Shown: positions 1-13,195 of the stretch, piece after piece
Numbering within the stretch: position 1 is the first letter of the stretch
How the letters are laid out: each line of letters starts with the position of its first letter
Assembly: GCA_035221665.1 (NCBI GenBank)
Contig: CM069157.1
Span: 7,936,001-8,000,000 of the forward strand
From: Okamejei kenojei
Lineage: Eukaryota
Length of the DNA: 64,000 nucleotides
Direction: 5' to 3'
Position numbers and translations under genes: made by a program
Notes under the pieces: generated by a model
The model's input: the letters and a program-made list of their open reading frames with translations, nothing else
Told to the model about the DNA's origin: nothing
Databases searched by the model: none

Positions 1-3000
1 CTTTAATAGAGTTGCTAAATAATTACAGATGATTTTAATTAAATGCTTTACGAAATAGATTGATGTTCATAACTGTGTTATCTTGGTGGTGCAGCATTTG
101 TGCTGATGTCTCATAGATCCACAGACCAGCATTCACTCCTGACTTTGGATGCTGTCTGTATGGAATCTGTGACTACATAGTTTCTCCAGGATGCTCTGGT
201 TTCGTCTCGCATCCTAAAGGTGTGCTGGTACATAAACTGATTACCCCTTAGTGCGGAGGAAAAAAGGACATCTTTACAAAGATTTAGAGAGAGTTAATGA
301 GCATGTGAAAAACACTAAGTTGAAGGGCTGCAGGGAAAATGTGGAGAAGGAGAACTGGAATGATGGCATTGCCGGGCTAGGAGTTGAAATGGATTTGATG
401 GGCTAAATGACCTCCTGTGTCTTAAGTAAGCAAATGTTTTTTGGTGCTGCAGATTCTCTGTTGCAACGTTCATCATTCATGATGTTCCAAATGTTATCCA
501 TGCTAATTTTATGAAGAGTTCTGTCTGTAATTTCCTCCGTTTCCTCATTCTCTGTCACAAATATGTGTTGCATTTGTAGTTAGTGTGCTATGACACCACT
601 GCTCCTAATGCCGTCCCTCCTCTTCCTGGTGTCCTGACCCTCTCTCTCGCGCGCGCTCTCTCTCTCGCTCCGGGAAGAGGTTCATCCAGACCGATCTCAC
701 AATAAACCAATTTCACGGGAGCTTAAAATGGGGACGTTACTGCAGAAGGATAGATCATTTCTTGTTGGCGTTAACAATCAGCTGAGCAAGATTGTGACTC
801 CCTGCCGAGTGCAATTCCTTGGGCACCACTTGCCATACAGAACCTCATCCTACTCATCTTATGTAAACCTGTGGGGTTTGTCAGTGTTGAAAGGCTGATT
901 CACCAAGGATGGTCAAAACTCAGCTTGTGCTTGCCAGCAGGAATTTGTTTACTGAACTCGAGGAAGCAAACTCCTTCCCTCCTCCACGTTCCTGCCTCGC
1001 TCCGTTGCACGATTCCTGTATCACGTGAGATCAAGTAGCTCATACCTACGGGACAAGTATGGTTCAGTCATGTTTTAAATTGATGTATGCATCAATTAAA
1101 GGATGTATTCATCAATTAAATGATGTATGAGCCAAACTATGTTAAATTGTAGGGTCCCACCCCGAAACGTCACCCATCCTTTTTCTCCAGAGATGCTGCC
1201 TGACCCACTGAGTTACTCCAGCACTTTGTGTCTATCTTTGTAAAATTGCCTTGGGTCCAGTAGCTTTAAACACTCAGCCTAATCAACTTGTGCTCCTGTA
1301 TTCATATTAAAAGGATCCCCTGGTAGTTTTGGAAGAAAGTCTGTGATGCTGTCGTGTTGTACTACCAGAGTAATCAATTGTTTATACTACTGCGGGGATA
1401 TTATGCTGTTGTGTTGGTGCTTTCTTGTTCACTTATGCAGATGCAGCTGCAGTAGATAATACTCCGCAAAACTAGGGCATTGGTTCAAAAGAAACCTTGA
1501 CATTCCTGAGAATGTGATAAGCATGGCATCAAATTCTAATATTCTGTATCTATAGAAAATGAGTACACAAAACAAACTTGCTTTGAATAGCCCTTCCTCC
1601 TTTGCTATGCACCAGTTGCCCTTGGACAACGTTAGCAGCTGTTTGCTCTCATCTGGCAGCTTTATCGAAGGGGGATTTGGGGAGGGGGGGTTGGGGGTGA
1701 TGTGCAGATGTGGGTAGAATAGGGAGTGGAGACAAGTTTTTAACTGAACTTTAATGCAAGTCAGGACGACACGGAGAATGAAGATGCTGGAATCTAGAGC
1801 AAAACACAAAGTGCGGGCGGAATTCAGCGGGTCAGGCAGCATCTGCTGAGGGAATGATCCACCGACATTTCGATTCATCTGTCCTTTTTTCACACAGTGG
1901 TGAATCTGAAATTCTCTGCCACAGAAGGTAGTTGAGGCCAGTTCATTGGCTATATTTAAGAGCGAGTTAGATGTGGCCCTTGTGGCTAAAGGGATCAGGG
2001 GGTATGGAGAGATGGCAGGTACAGGATACTGAGTTGGATGATCAACCATGATCATATTGAATGGCGGTGCAGGCTCGAAGGGCTGAATGGTCTACTCCTG
2101 CACCTATTGTCTATGTCTACGTTTCCCTCCCCAGATGTTGCCTGACATGCTGAGTTCCTCCGGCACTGTGTTTTGAACTACGTCGGTTCAATAGTGGGCA
2201 GATTTATTTCCAAAAACAGGATAACTGCCAGAGCATTGACTTCCATCTGCACCGGGGTAGGTTTCAGTGTCAGCAATAGCTAACTTTTATAGTTGAGCAA
2301 TATTTTAGACTAGAAGTGCTGTATTTCTGAGTTTATTGGTGAGAGTAAATCTCTCTTGCAAAAATAGGGAAGAATAATGGAGAGATTGAGAACCAGTAAC
2401 TGATGGAACCATTAAGTAAAAATAGTCCTGATGCAGGATTGTTACTCGAAACATCCATTTACATCTTGTACATCTGACGAGCTCAACATTTTGCATGATG
2501 GTTGTTGGGAAGAAGTTGTTCCTGCACCTGGATGTTCCAATTTTCAGACTCCTGTATCTTCTTCACAATTGCAAGTGTAAAATAAGCCTGGATACCCGAG
2601 TTGCCAACTAGACCACGATTAAACCAGTCAAAATGCTCTCCACCATACACCTGCGGTGTATGTACGTATGAGTAAGATGTGGTCAACCAGTGCTTGCCAT
2701 AGTTGCAGAGTAACTTCTACACATTGTTTACCCCATGTATTTTAGGCCAGTGCTTCATCACGCTATCTGATTACTTCATATCCTTATCTATTTACGATGC
2801 CATAGCATAATCATAAAGATGCTGGAAATCTGAAGTAAAATAGAACATGCTGAAAAAGCTAAGCTTAATCTGCATTTGTAGTAGCAACTAAAATGTTAAT
2901 TTTATTTTTCACTTCCTGCAGACATTATCTGACCTGCTGATTATTTGCACATCTTTCTGTTTTATTTTTTGACATTTTAATATTGATCCATAAACTCTGT

Positions 3001-3779
3001 AGTTTGTAGCTTCTCATGATTTCAATAATTCTGTCCTATTTTGGTCTGCTGCCTGCATTGAAATCCGTGTCAAAGCTTGGACTTTCCCAATTAACCAATG
3101 TACAATTCCATCCTTTCATCCATGACACTGCCTAGAAAGGCAATCTAGTGTTGCTGGTTTAAAACCGTCAATTAAGCTATTAATAAAAAGATGAATATAT
3201 TGAAAGACAGTGGGATGGAAGCACTGACTCATTCTGCAAATTGGAGAACCACCTTGATTTTCCTATACTATCTCCTGCCTCTCAGCCAACTTCTTAACAA
3301 GATCAATAATTTATTCTTGGTTTTGTTGAGGTTCAACTCCCGCTAAGTCTTCTGTAAGGGATTTTATCATACAGTAAGTCTCCTGGAAGGCCGGATAATA
3401 ACTATCATTAATTATAGACCAATGTTTCCTGAGGACCGTTATTATAGTAACCAATCCATAATTTACTGACATCCCTTCTCATTCGGAAGCTTGTGGTTTC
3501 AACACCAGTGACTTAAGCTTTTGTGACCTAAGGACATCACAAAGTACAATACTGTGCAATCAATGAAGTAATTTAACGTGTATTTTCCATTGTAATGCAG
3601 ATAAAGCACCTGCCAATTTCCATGCAGCAAACTTCTACAAGCAGCAATGATATATTTCAGTGATAGTGGCTGAAGCTTAAGTATTGGTCAGAAAACGGAG
3701 CGGATTTTTTTTCTTTAAATAGTACTGCAAGATTCTTTCCATTCACTCCCAATAGTACATGGATCCCTAATATAATCAG

Positions 3780-4335
3780 ACTCATAATCATAATTTATTA
3801 GCCAAGTATATTTTGCAACATGAGGAATTTGCTTTGCCATAGTCATACCAAAAAAAAGCACCAAGACACCCAATTACATAAAAATTGGACATAAACATCC
3901 ACCACAGCGGCTCCTCCACATTCCCCAATGTGATGGAAGGCAATAAAGTCTTATCTTCTTTCCCCCTTTTCTCCCTCGGTCAGGGGAGTTGAACCACCCG
4001 CAGTCGGCGCGATTTTAGCTCCCGCAGTCGTCGATAGAAGCTTCCGTGATCAGTGGGGTAAAGCTCCTGCGGCTTGGAGCTCCCAAAGCCGGTCCCTAAC
4101 CAGGGACCACGAGCTCCACGATGTTAGGCCACAGTGCGGACGGAGATACGACATGGAAAAGGCGCATCTCCGTCGAGGAAAGAGATTTAAAAAAAAGTTT
4201 ACCCCACCATCCTCCACATAATTCAAGACTAAAGATAAACTAAAACATACATTTTACAACAGCCTAAAAACACAAAGAAGGATGAAGACAAGACAGACTG
4301 TTGGCGAGGCAGCCATCGTTCGGCGCCACCTGGTG
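3780..4335 (-). mobile_element. Unclassified GC-rich non-autonomous retroelement, related copy at ~8870-9510
   Basis: Both copies share ACATCCACCACAG...GTG(A/G)TGGAAGGCAA and CAGACTG..GGC..GCCA blocks; AATAAA plus (TGATTA)-type tail on the - strand at ~3780-3800. Confidence 0.6.
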
Positions 4336-6375
4336 ATCTGTTATGTAACTTCTCAGTACAACACATTGATGGTATTGGAGAGGGTTGCTTGTTTACAAAT
4401 TGCACGGCTCTGTCACCGGGGTTTGAAGAGCAACTTTCAGTTATGCATTGCTTTCCTGCAGTAAACCATCCGAAGACACTTTGTAAGATTGACACCAAAC
4501 AACACTTGGCACCCACCCACGTGAGGAGATATTACGAGCATATGTTTTAAGGAGTTTTTTTTAGTGGAGGAGAGTTTAAGGATTGAATTCCAAAGCTTTG
4601 CAACCAGATAGGTCTTACCCATCTAGTTCCTCTGACTAAGAAATAGGAGAGTTACCAACTGAATCTGGCTGGCACTTTCCAATGAACACTCAAAGGAAGG
4701 ATCTTACTGCAATTATTGAATACTACGGCAGTGAAGGACATAGTTTGTCTCATTATGTCCTTACCAAGCCAAAAAAACCATTGTCACTAATGCCACTCCC
4801 CGGCTTTTTTTTTGCTTTGTAGGTTACAGCAGAGACATTCCAAATCAGTTACGTTTTCTTTTTGAAGATGGACATAAAAAAGCTGGAGTAACTCAGAGTG
4901 ACAGGCAGCATCTCTGGAGAGAAGGAATGGATGACTTTTCAGGTCGAGACCCTTCTTCAGACTTCTTTTTCCGTTCTTCATCAGTTTTCATTTTACTTCA
5001 GGCACCCTTCAGGCAGTGGATTCTATACCCCTACCATTCTTTTAGTGAAATCATCTTCATTCAAATTCACACTAATTGTTCTGTCTGTGCACCTTAAATC
5101 TTAGATGAAATAGGATCTTCCTACTCGCCCTGTCTGGACTTCCCATTTTTAATGTACTTCAAACCTCCTCATTGTCTCTGCTGTCACAAAGAAAAGTACT
5201 GCAGTCCAGCTATTCCAGCCCAAGCAATGTCCTCACAAGGTATAGAAACAAAGAGCTGCAGATGTGGGTTAATGCACAAAAGGATACAAAGTACCTTAGC
5301 AAGTCAGGCAGCATAACTGGGGAAGATGGATAGGTGACCTTTTGGGTTGAGATCCTTCTTCAGATTGGTGTGGGAGGGGGTGAACCTTCTCTCCCTGTGT
5401 GTATTAACCTCAGTGATGCTGCCTGACCTCCTGAGTTACTCCAGCACTTTGTCTTTAATGTCCAAATCTCTCTGCACCCTCCACAGCTATTTGGGCCCTT
5501 TCTCGTGTGGTTGTGGGGGAAATGGACTGCTGAATAGAAGTAGGAAATATTCCAGTCTGTATATTGACACCAAGGTGGACACCAGTTCCCTGTCACTGTG
5601 ATTGGCAGAATCCAAAAATGTTTTGGTAAATACTTGCATGTTTCTCGAACAATACGTGCAGCCTTGTGACAGATTGCATGGGCGTAGTTGGACAACAGCA
5701 CTTGGCTGTAGTCATGCTGTTATGGTTTGTAGATGGTATGGTCCTCCTCACCCTGGAAGTACTGTGGCTGCTGTTTACATTTTGATTTAATATTGAACAC
5801 ACAGTCCAGCAATTTACAAATATTATGGTTACCCTAAAGATGGGTTGGCTCTATTTTCTGATTGGCAGCTGTCAACACCTTTTGAGTGTGCAATGCTAAT
5901 TTGTGACAAAAATAATCTAAATTTTCAATCTTAAATTTATTGTGCAGAGTTCCCAAAAATAGTGTTTTTTTCCCCTCTATTCTCTCCTCCACTGTTACCC
6001 AAGCCATAAACCTTGGGATAACACGATTGCCATGCTGGTGATTTCCACGGGCAATTGGCTGTTGCAAGGTCCCCATGGCTGCTCACCTGTTGTATGGGTT
6101 AATCCTTTGTGAGGCCTCATCAAATTTAACTACTGTAGAGCAGCTTGGAGCTTGACTTGGTACTCTCCATTTTCCCCAGTTCCCTCTGTGTTCAACTTTG
6201 TGTTTCCTGTCAATTTATTTTGATACTTTTCTTAGGTTTAACCAGGTGTGAGAAATGTTACTCGGTGAATGAATTTCTGGCAATTTGGACACCAAACTGA
6301 GCACTCTCCTGGTTCTGTCCAAATTTCAGCGCAGAGTAAAGCTCTCATGTTGTTTACCAGTGTAAACAACAGGAA

Positions 6376-6671
6376 TGGGCGACACAGTGGCGCAGCTGGT
6401 CGACTGCTGCCTGACAGCGCAAGTGGCCCTGGTTCAATCCTGTCCTTGGATGCTGACTCTGGAGATTGCATGTTCTACCTGTGACCACGTGGGTTTCCTT
6501 TGGATGCTGCCGTTTCCTCCCAAACACGTGGGTTTGTAGGTCTAACCTCTGTAAGTGCCCTAGTGTGTAGAGGGCGGTGAGCAAGTGGAATAACATAGAA
6601 CTAGTGTAAACTGATGATCGATGGCCTCCTCAGTGGACCTGTTACCCTGCTATATCTCCAAACTAAACTAA
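6376..6671 (+). mobile_element. tRNA-derived V-SINE (HE1-like)
   Basis: A/B-box head (TGGCGCAGCTGG...GGTTCAATCC), V-domain GTGGGTTTCC...TTTCCTCCCA, (AAACT)n tail. Confidence 0.85.
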
Positions 6672-6796
6672 GCACTGGTATATTCAAGGCAAACATTAGC
6701 GGGCTCAATGGATAAGGGGTGAGTCCAGAAATGTGATGGTGATTTATAAACGCACTAATCCTGATCCTGCTAAATGATGCGCAAGCATAAGACGAC

Positions 6797-6895
6797 AGTC
6801 TGAAGAAGGGTCTCGACCCGAAAAGTCACCCATTCCTTCTCTCCACAGATGCTGCCTCACCCGCTGAGTTACTCCAGCATTTTGTGCTGCCCTTC
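6797..6895 (+). mobile_element. Representative Penelope-end short repeat with hammerhead-like motif; many copies across the window, e.g. ~1155, 4870, 7465, 11045, 13205, 16135, 19470, 19610, 22045, 28480, 35600, 42865, 53445, 53640, 54885, 61110, 63240
   Basis: Consensus CTGAAGAAGGGTCTCGACCCGAAACGTCACCCATTCCTTCTCTCCAGAGATGCTGCCTGACCCGCTGAGTTACTCCAGCA recurs on both strands. Confidence 0.85.
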
Positions 6896-9800
6896 TCTAT
6901 GTTCCGCTCCACTGCATATTTGGAATAGAATGTTCATATTACATTAGATCACCTTTTCTAGCAGAACCTGTTTTTCTGGTGCACTCAGTCAGGATTTTGA
7001 AATCCGATATTTTAAATAGTATTAACACCGTTGCTAAGTCTTGCAATCACGAGTGAGCAAGAGCCGAGCTGCCATTTATTCCACTCTGGATCCTAATTCA
7101 AATATTTCCTCATGAATATTTAGTATCAGTGCAGATTATTATGATGACCAAAACGTGTATCTTCCATTATTTTCCTTTGCCTTATTTGTTGTTTTTTCTC
7201 TCAAAAGGTCTTCCCTGTTCACTGCCCCTCCAACCCCATCTTTGCCTTGCCTTGCCACCTGTAAAAGGCAACCTATCAAGTCAGCTCATTTCCCATTTAC
7301 TAACACCCCAGAAAGCCAGTCATCAGTCCTTATTTGTCATTTAAAATTGTGTTCAATAAATGTGCCTCTGACGTACCATAGAATGTTTTACATTTACCTT
7401 TCTGCCCCTCTCCACTTTAAGAAGGTACTTAAAACCTCCTTATACCCTCTTCAGTTAAAAAAAAGGCACAAAGTGTTCCAGTAATTCAGCAGGTCAGGCA
7501 GCATCTCTGCAGAACATTGATAGATGACATTTCGGGTCGGGACCTGTCTTCAGACCCAAAATGTCATCTACCCATGTTCTCTAGAGATGCTGAGTTACCC
7601 CAGCATTTTGTCTATTTTTAAAAAACAGTATCTGGAGATCCTTGTTTCTACATTTTTCCTTGTCAGTTGGTGACAAATTTTATGATGTATTGCTGCATTA
7701 AAAACATCTATTCAAGATGTAAATTTAAATCATTATCATTGTCTATAATTAGAGTAATTTTCACAATTATTGGGTCACTAATTTCAAATCTATTATAATG
7801 TAGTTCTGCAATTATTGATCAGTTGCATTATTATTTTCTCAATGGATAGTAATGTCATAAGGCGATAAGTGATTGGAGCAGAATTAGGCCATTTGGCCCA
7901 TCAAGTCTATTCCACCATTCAGTCATAGCTGATCTATCTCTCTCTCCTAACCCCATTCTCCTGTCATCTTTCCATAATCCCTGACAAGTATAAAATGTAA
8001 ATATTCTATATGTTTCTCAAGGGACTTGTAGCAGGATCAGGTTGTGTGTGAGTCTGGTGGAAGGGCTATTTTGCTTTACAAGACACTTGTTTCACACTCG
8101 CTGCTCCTCCTCCCCCACCCACTAGGGTAAAGGAAGAGACTTGGTCATTGGAATGTGCTGTAACTGCCTAATCCACGTGACGAAGATCATTTTTTATTTT
8201 GTTGCTGTTTGGTGATTGCACAAGCTGCAGAACAGGATCAGTGCACAGGAGATTATGCTGTTGACAGCCTCACCCCTGCCGAGCTGTGCAAACTTGAAAT
8301 GCCTTTTCTCTATGCTCCTCCATGTCCACATCCTAGATTTCCTTCATGCCACCTTTTGGAGTTGTAAATCAGTCCATCTGGGCCTCCAGATTTGCTTTTC
8401 TAAACCCGTTGGCCCTTCTCTCTTAATTTATACCTTCTACCCCATTTGAGCAGAATGATATTGTTTTCTTTCGGATTTACAAGAATGAGAGGTAATTATA
8501 CTGAGGCATGTACGTTTCAGCAGGTATGCAATGAGGACTTTTGCCCTGTTGGTGCATTAAAGAACTGAGGGACAAAGTCTCACGGGGATCAGCCACTTCA
8601 TCCTAAAATAAACAATGTCCCCTCCCTTGGAATTTTATTTATTTATTTACACATTATACTTATGGGCGCCTTATCAAAGACTCTCAAGGACGCCTTACAA
8701 AATTTAATAAGCAGATTACAAAACATATAAGCAGAATAAAACAAAATACAAAACAAAAATAGTAGGGACAAGACACAATTCAAAGAGAGAGCAGCGGCAG
8801 TCAAACGCGCCAGTGTTCACTCTCCCTTCCGGCAGCCATCTTGGAGACAAAACAAGCAAAACATCTTTTAACATTGAACATCCACCACAGTGACTCCTAC
8901 ACACTGCTCACTGTGGTGGAAGGCAAAATATAGTTCAAGTCCTTCCCCTTGCTCTTCCATGGTCGTGGGCCTCGAGCCCCTGTTGATGGGACGATTTTGG
9001 CTCCGCGAGCCACTGTTCAGGCCCTCCGCATCAAGGCGCTCCACTTCCGCATCGGGGGTTGTCAGCTCACCTACGGCGGGTGAACGGACCTCGCGTCGGG
9101 GCAAGTCGAGCCTTCCGCGGCGTTGGAGCTCCCGTCTAGCCTCGCCCCGAGACTGCGAGCCCTTGCTGATAAAGTCCGCAGTGGCCATGGTAGGAGCGAT
9201 CCCAGGCAAGGGATCCACTCCGATGTTAAGTCCACGCCCCGCGGTGGGGCTCACGACAGTCCGAGGAGGCTTCCTGCTCCAGCGATGGTAGGCCACAGAG
9301 CCCGGAGAATGTGATCTGGAAAGTGATCACATCTCCGGAAAGGTAAGGACTTGAAAAAAACTTTCCCCCGATCCCTTCTCCCCCACATAAAACACACCAA
9401 AAAAGCATTAAAACAAACTTCTAACAAACTAAAAATAACAAAAGAATGGAAAGACAAACAGACTGCCGGTTGGGCTGCCACCTCCCCCGTGGCCACACCC
9501 ACGCCGAATGGTAAGCTATGAATGCTGAGGCATTTAAGTATATTCAAGAATGAGAATGTTGAATTTCTGGAGTTTAGAAGGTAATGATGATCGGGCAGAA
9601 AAATTCAGTTAAAGCCAAAAAGTAGCTTAGCTGTGTTTTTACAGCCAAGCTCAAAGGGCTGAATGACCGACTACTCCATTTTCATGCGTTCTAATTTATG
9701 ATTTGGCGACAAATGATGCCTTATACTCTCCCTTACGATGTTTCTGATGTTGAAAGCATCAACCAGTCGATGATATTGAATGGCCACAGGAAATAAGGTC

Positions 9801-10246
9801 AGAGTTGTATGGACTCCAGCCCCAGTGAGGAAACGGTTCAAGATAAGGAGGTATGATACCATGCAAGGATACTCAAATAAAGTTGTGAAATAGGGTGAGA
9901 GCATAATATGGGTTAAATTATTGATGTGGTAGTGCACTGGTTAAATTACTGGATTAGCAGCCAGAGTTCTGGACCACTGAATCAGAAACTCTTAGTTTAA
10001 AACTCATGAGAAAATAAATTCACGCAGTTAAATCTGGGTTTCATTAGCAAGAAGCACAAAGCTACTGAATCGTTGTGAAAATCTGTCTAGATCACCATTG
10101 TCCTTTGGGGAATTAAATCTGATATCCTTGCCTCGATCTGAGTCTTGTGCCATCATTGTGGTTGATTTTTAACTGGTGTCTTGATTTAAGGACAGTTAAA
10201 GATAAGGAGGAAATGCTGGGTCACCAGCAATGTCCACATCCATTGT

Positions 10247-10530
10247 CTAGTTCAGAGATACAGTGCGGAAACATGCCCTTCGGCCCATCCAGTCCACGCC
10301 GACCAGCGATCCCCGCGCGCTAACACTATCCTACTCGGAACAACTTAACCAAGTCAATTAACCTACAAACTTGTACGTCTTTGGAGTGTGGGAGGAAACC
10401 AGAGATCCAGGAGAAACCCCACGTGAGTCATGGGGAGAACGTACAAACTCTGTTCAGACAGCACACATAAGTCAAGATCGAACCTGGGTCTGTGGTGCAG
10501 GAAGGCACCAACTCTACCACTGTGCCACCG
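10247..10530 (-). mobile_element. HE1-like V-SINE
   Basis: Reverse complement of the same consensus. Confidence 0.85.
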
Positions 10531-11239
10531 AATGATAAATAAAAATAAAGCTGCCTTGTCCTGTTATGATGAAGCCAATTTCTGTTAAATTATTGTTGTC
10601 ATAGGCTGCCCTCTCATGGTGGCTGACTTATAGTAGCTTTTCTCAAGATACCAGATTCACAGAACTGGAAGGAAATTGTTTCCAATACTTGAATATTGAA
10701 ATAAAAAGCAGAAAAAATTGTAAATGCCTTTACAGACCACTGAATTTATAACAGAAAAATATTGAATCCTTTTGGAGTGGCTCTGTTAGAATTTAAGCCA
10801 CTTCCACAGCAGTGTGATCAGGTAGAGGAGTAAGACTGTTCCTCGTAGGGAGGGAAAGCATTAAAAAAAACACGTCACTGCGTTTTGCCCTCTTCTCAAT
10901 CTTAACAGAATTTTAATAAAACTAGTATGTAACTCTTGTTCTCTCTCGCTAATCTCCTGAATATATTCAACATGTTCCGTTTCAATTTTTTCAATTTCTA
11001 TACCACTTTTTAAATGTAGTTTAAAAACAAATATCTCATAACAGGATAGACACAAAGTGCTGGAATAACTCAGTGGGTCAGGCAGCATCTCTGGAGAAAG
11101 GGAGCAGGTCACATTTCAGGTCAGAACCCTTCTTCAGACATAGTGGGATGGTCTTTGTCCATTTGAAAGCATTGCCTACTTGGCGTTTAGCATGGCCCAC
11201 CTGCTGTATTACTGAGCCACAACTACCCTAAAGCTTTTT

Positions 11240-11523
11240 TTAGAGCTACAACGCGGAAACAGGCCCATTGACCCACCGAGTGTGCACATTTCCGGCGATC
11301 CCAGCACATTAACACTATCCACACACAAGGAACTATTTTACATTTATACGTTTATATCAAGCCAATTAACCCACAAACCTGTATGTCTTTGGAGTGTGGG
11401 AGGAAACCCATGCAGATCACGGGGAAAACATACAAACTCTGTAGAGACAGCACCCGTAGTCAGTATCGAACTCGGATCTCTGGCGCTGTGAGGCCGTAGG
11501 TCTACTGCTACGCCACTGTGCCG
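11240..11523 (-). mobile_element. HE1-like V-SINE
   Basis: Reverse complement of the same consensus. Confidence 0.85.
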
Positions 11524-12689
11524 CTTCCTCTCCATCCTCATATCTTCCATCTTCTCCACAATTCAACATTCAAAAACTCTATTGCCTGTATTTATTCAGC
11601 ATTGGGTCCAATTTGCTCACTAGGTGGTCCACATTGGCTTCTGGTTCATCTGATATCTCTTCACTTCGCTCCTCAACTTGAACACCTCCCTCTCTTGAAC
11701 CATGCTTGCACTCATTCGAAATTGGCCTCGGCAACTAACATTTGACATTTCATTGTATTTGTAACTTCATCGATTTAGAACTTGTGCTCATTTATTTCCA
11801 TCTAGCTCGCAAGGTTTTCTCCTCTTTTAAGACCAAGAGCTAGAAATTGCATTCCTGCCTTTTAATGGTATACATATGTTTAATGGGTGAATCTAATAGT
11901 GTTAACGTAACACTATAAAATTTAAGATCTTCAATTATAAGGGTCTTAGAGCAGCAGCATTGGTTTTCAGTGTAATGCTGAGCTGAAATTGATGTTTCGG
12001 CATCAGTATGGCATTTCCTATTATGTGTTGCAAATTCGTACAGCTACTGTCGTTTAATGCATCGTGCAATCTTTGAAGTGAGGTCTTAAAGAGGCATATG
12101 ATAATGCAAAGAGCACGCAGCTACAGGAGGATGTTACTACTGAATGAATGTCTATAACAGTAATGGGAGATGATTGGAAGAGAGTTACTGGAGGAAATCA
12201 GTGAGTCCTGGAGAGATTGGAACAGTACATTGCCATCTGGAGGCATGCATATCTCAAATTCCCAGACCTTGGCCTTGTGACCTTCATCTAAAAACTGGCT
12301 GCTTGTCTTCCTGACCTGTAGACTTGTTTATCGGTCTGGGGGCTTGTGACTTATGGATCGATGCATGACCCATTGCTCTTTGACATCTACATCGACTTCT
12401 TGGATGAGAATATACAAGGCATGTTTAGTAAATTTGCAGATGGCATCATGGACATTATGCCGGGCAAACAGGGCAGTCTGCTTAGCGAACCACGCCGCAA
12501 GGATCTATCAGCTAAAGGAGGATGTTATCGCTGAATGACTGTCTACTACAGTAATGGGAGAGGGTTACTGGAGAGGATCAGTGAGTCCTGGAGAGATTGG
12601 AACAGTACATTGCCAACTGGAGGCATGCATATCTCCCTCAGGACGGCTGCTAAGGAGAAGAGACAGATGCCCACCTCTTCACAGGGTAT

Positions 12690-13195
12690 GGATTGGCGAC
12701 AGGGTCTGGAGAAGGGTTCTTGTCACGATTCATCCCGAACAGTTCCGTAACAGAGGACTTCTGATTTATGGGTTGTTCCCAGGAACCCATTCGGAGACGG
12801 ACATCAGATGTTGCTGAAAGACCATCAACTTGGTGAAAGACACTCTTTGGTCTGCCTGAAACTTGTTGGTTTTCCAGCATGGTGAGATGTCCATCAGGGA
12901 ATGTTGGTGACTAGCCCATTGTAGACTGAGGAGTACGTCGAGGCTCTGTGGGGAGGGCCACAGTCTGGGGTCCTTCCGCTGCTGAACATGTGGAGCACAA
13001 TCCGGTGGGGACACCCCTTATTCAAGGGGAGGGGGCAACATGAGTGGCAAGTGTGTTTTGTTTAAAGATAGGTGCAAACACTACTGAGCTTGCCACTCTT
13101 GGATGTGTAGACACTGAGAATGTATGAAGCGTTTTTGCACAGTTTTTATTTTGTACATATTTTTAATTCTGAATAAAGTTTACTTCAGAAATGTA
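12690..13195 (+). mobile_element. Tx1/L1-clade LINE ORF2 3' fragment
   Basis: Disrupted LIYGLFPGTHSETDIRCC..TINLVKDTLWSA..LLVFQH reading, followed by a 3' UTR with AATAAA. Confidence 0.65.

Noticed and set aside
620-1050. CT/CG-rich patch as a PHACTR4 promoter or first exon
   Set aside because: Too short for a CpG island and no convincing donor; the main promoter is probably upstream of the window
1429-2055. 208-aa - strand ORF
   Set aside because: Chance read-through of a CR1 tail, a Penelope-end repeat and unique DNA; no recognisable domain
6236-6264. Possible alternative PHACTR4 micro first coding exon (cttag|...ATG TTA CTC G|gtgaat, phase 1)
   Set aside because: Phase-compatible, but the donor is weak and there is no similarity to known N-termini; unsupported without RNA data
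6376-6450. tRNA genes suggested by A/B boxes (also ~39060 and ~45270)
   Set aside because: SINE heads continuing into V-domain and tail; no acceptor stem or cloverleaf
8868-9296. 133-142 aa ORFs on both strands
   Set aside because: Lie within a GC-rich repeat with few stop codons; no domain evidence
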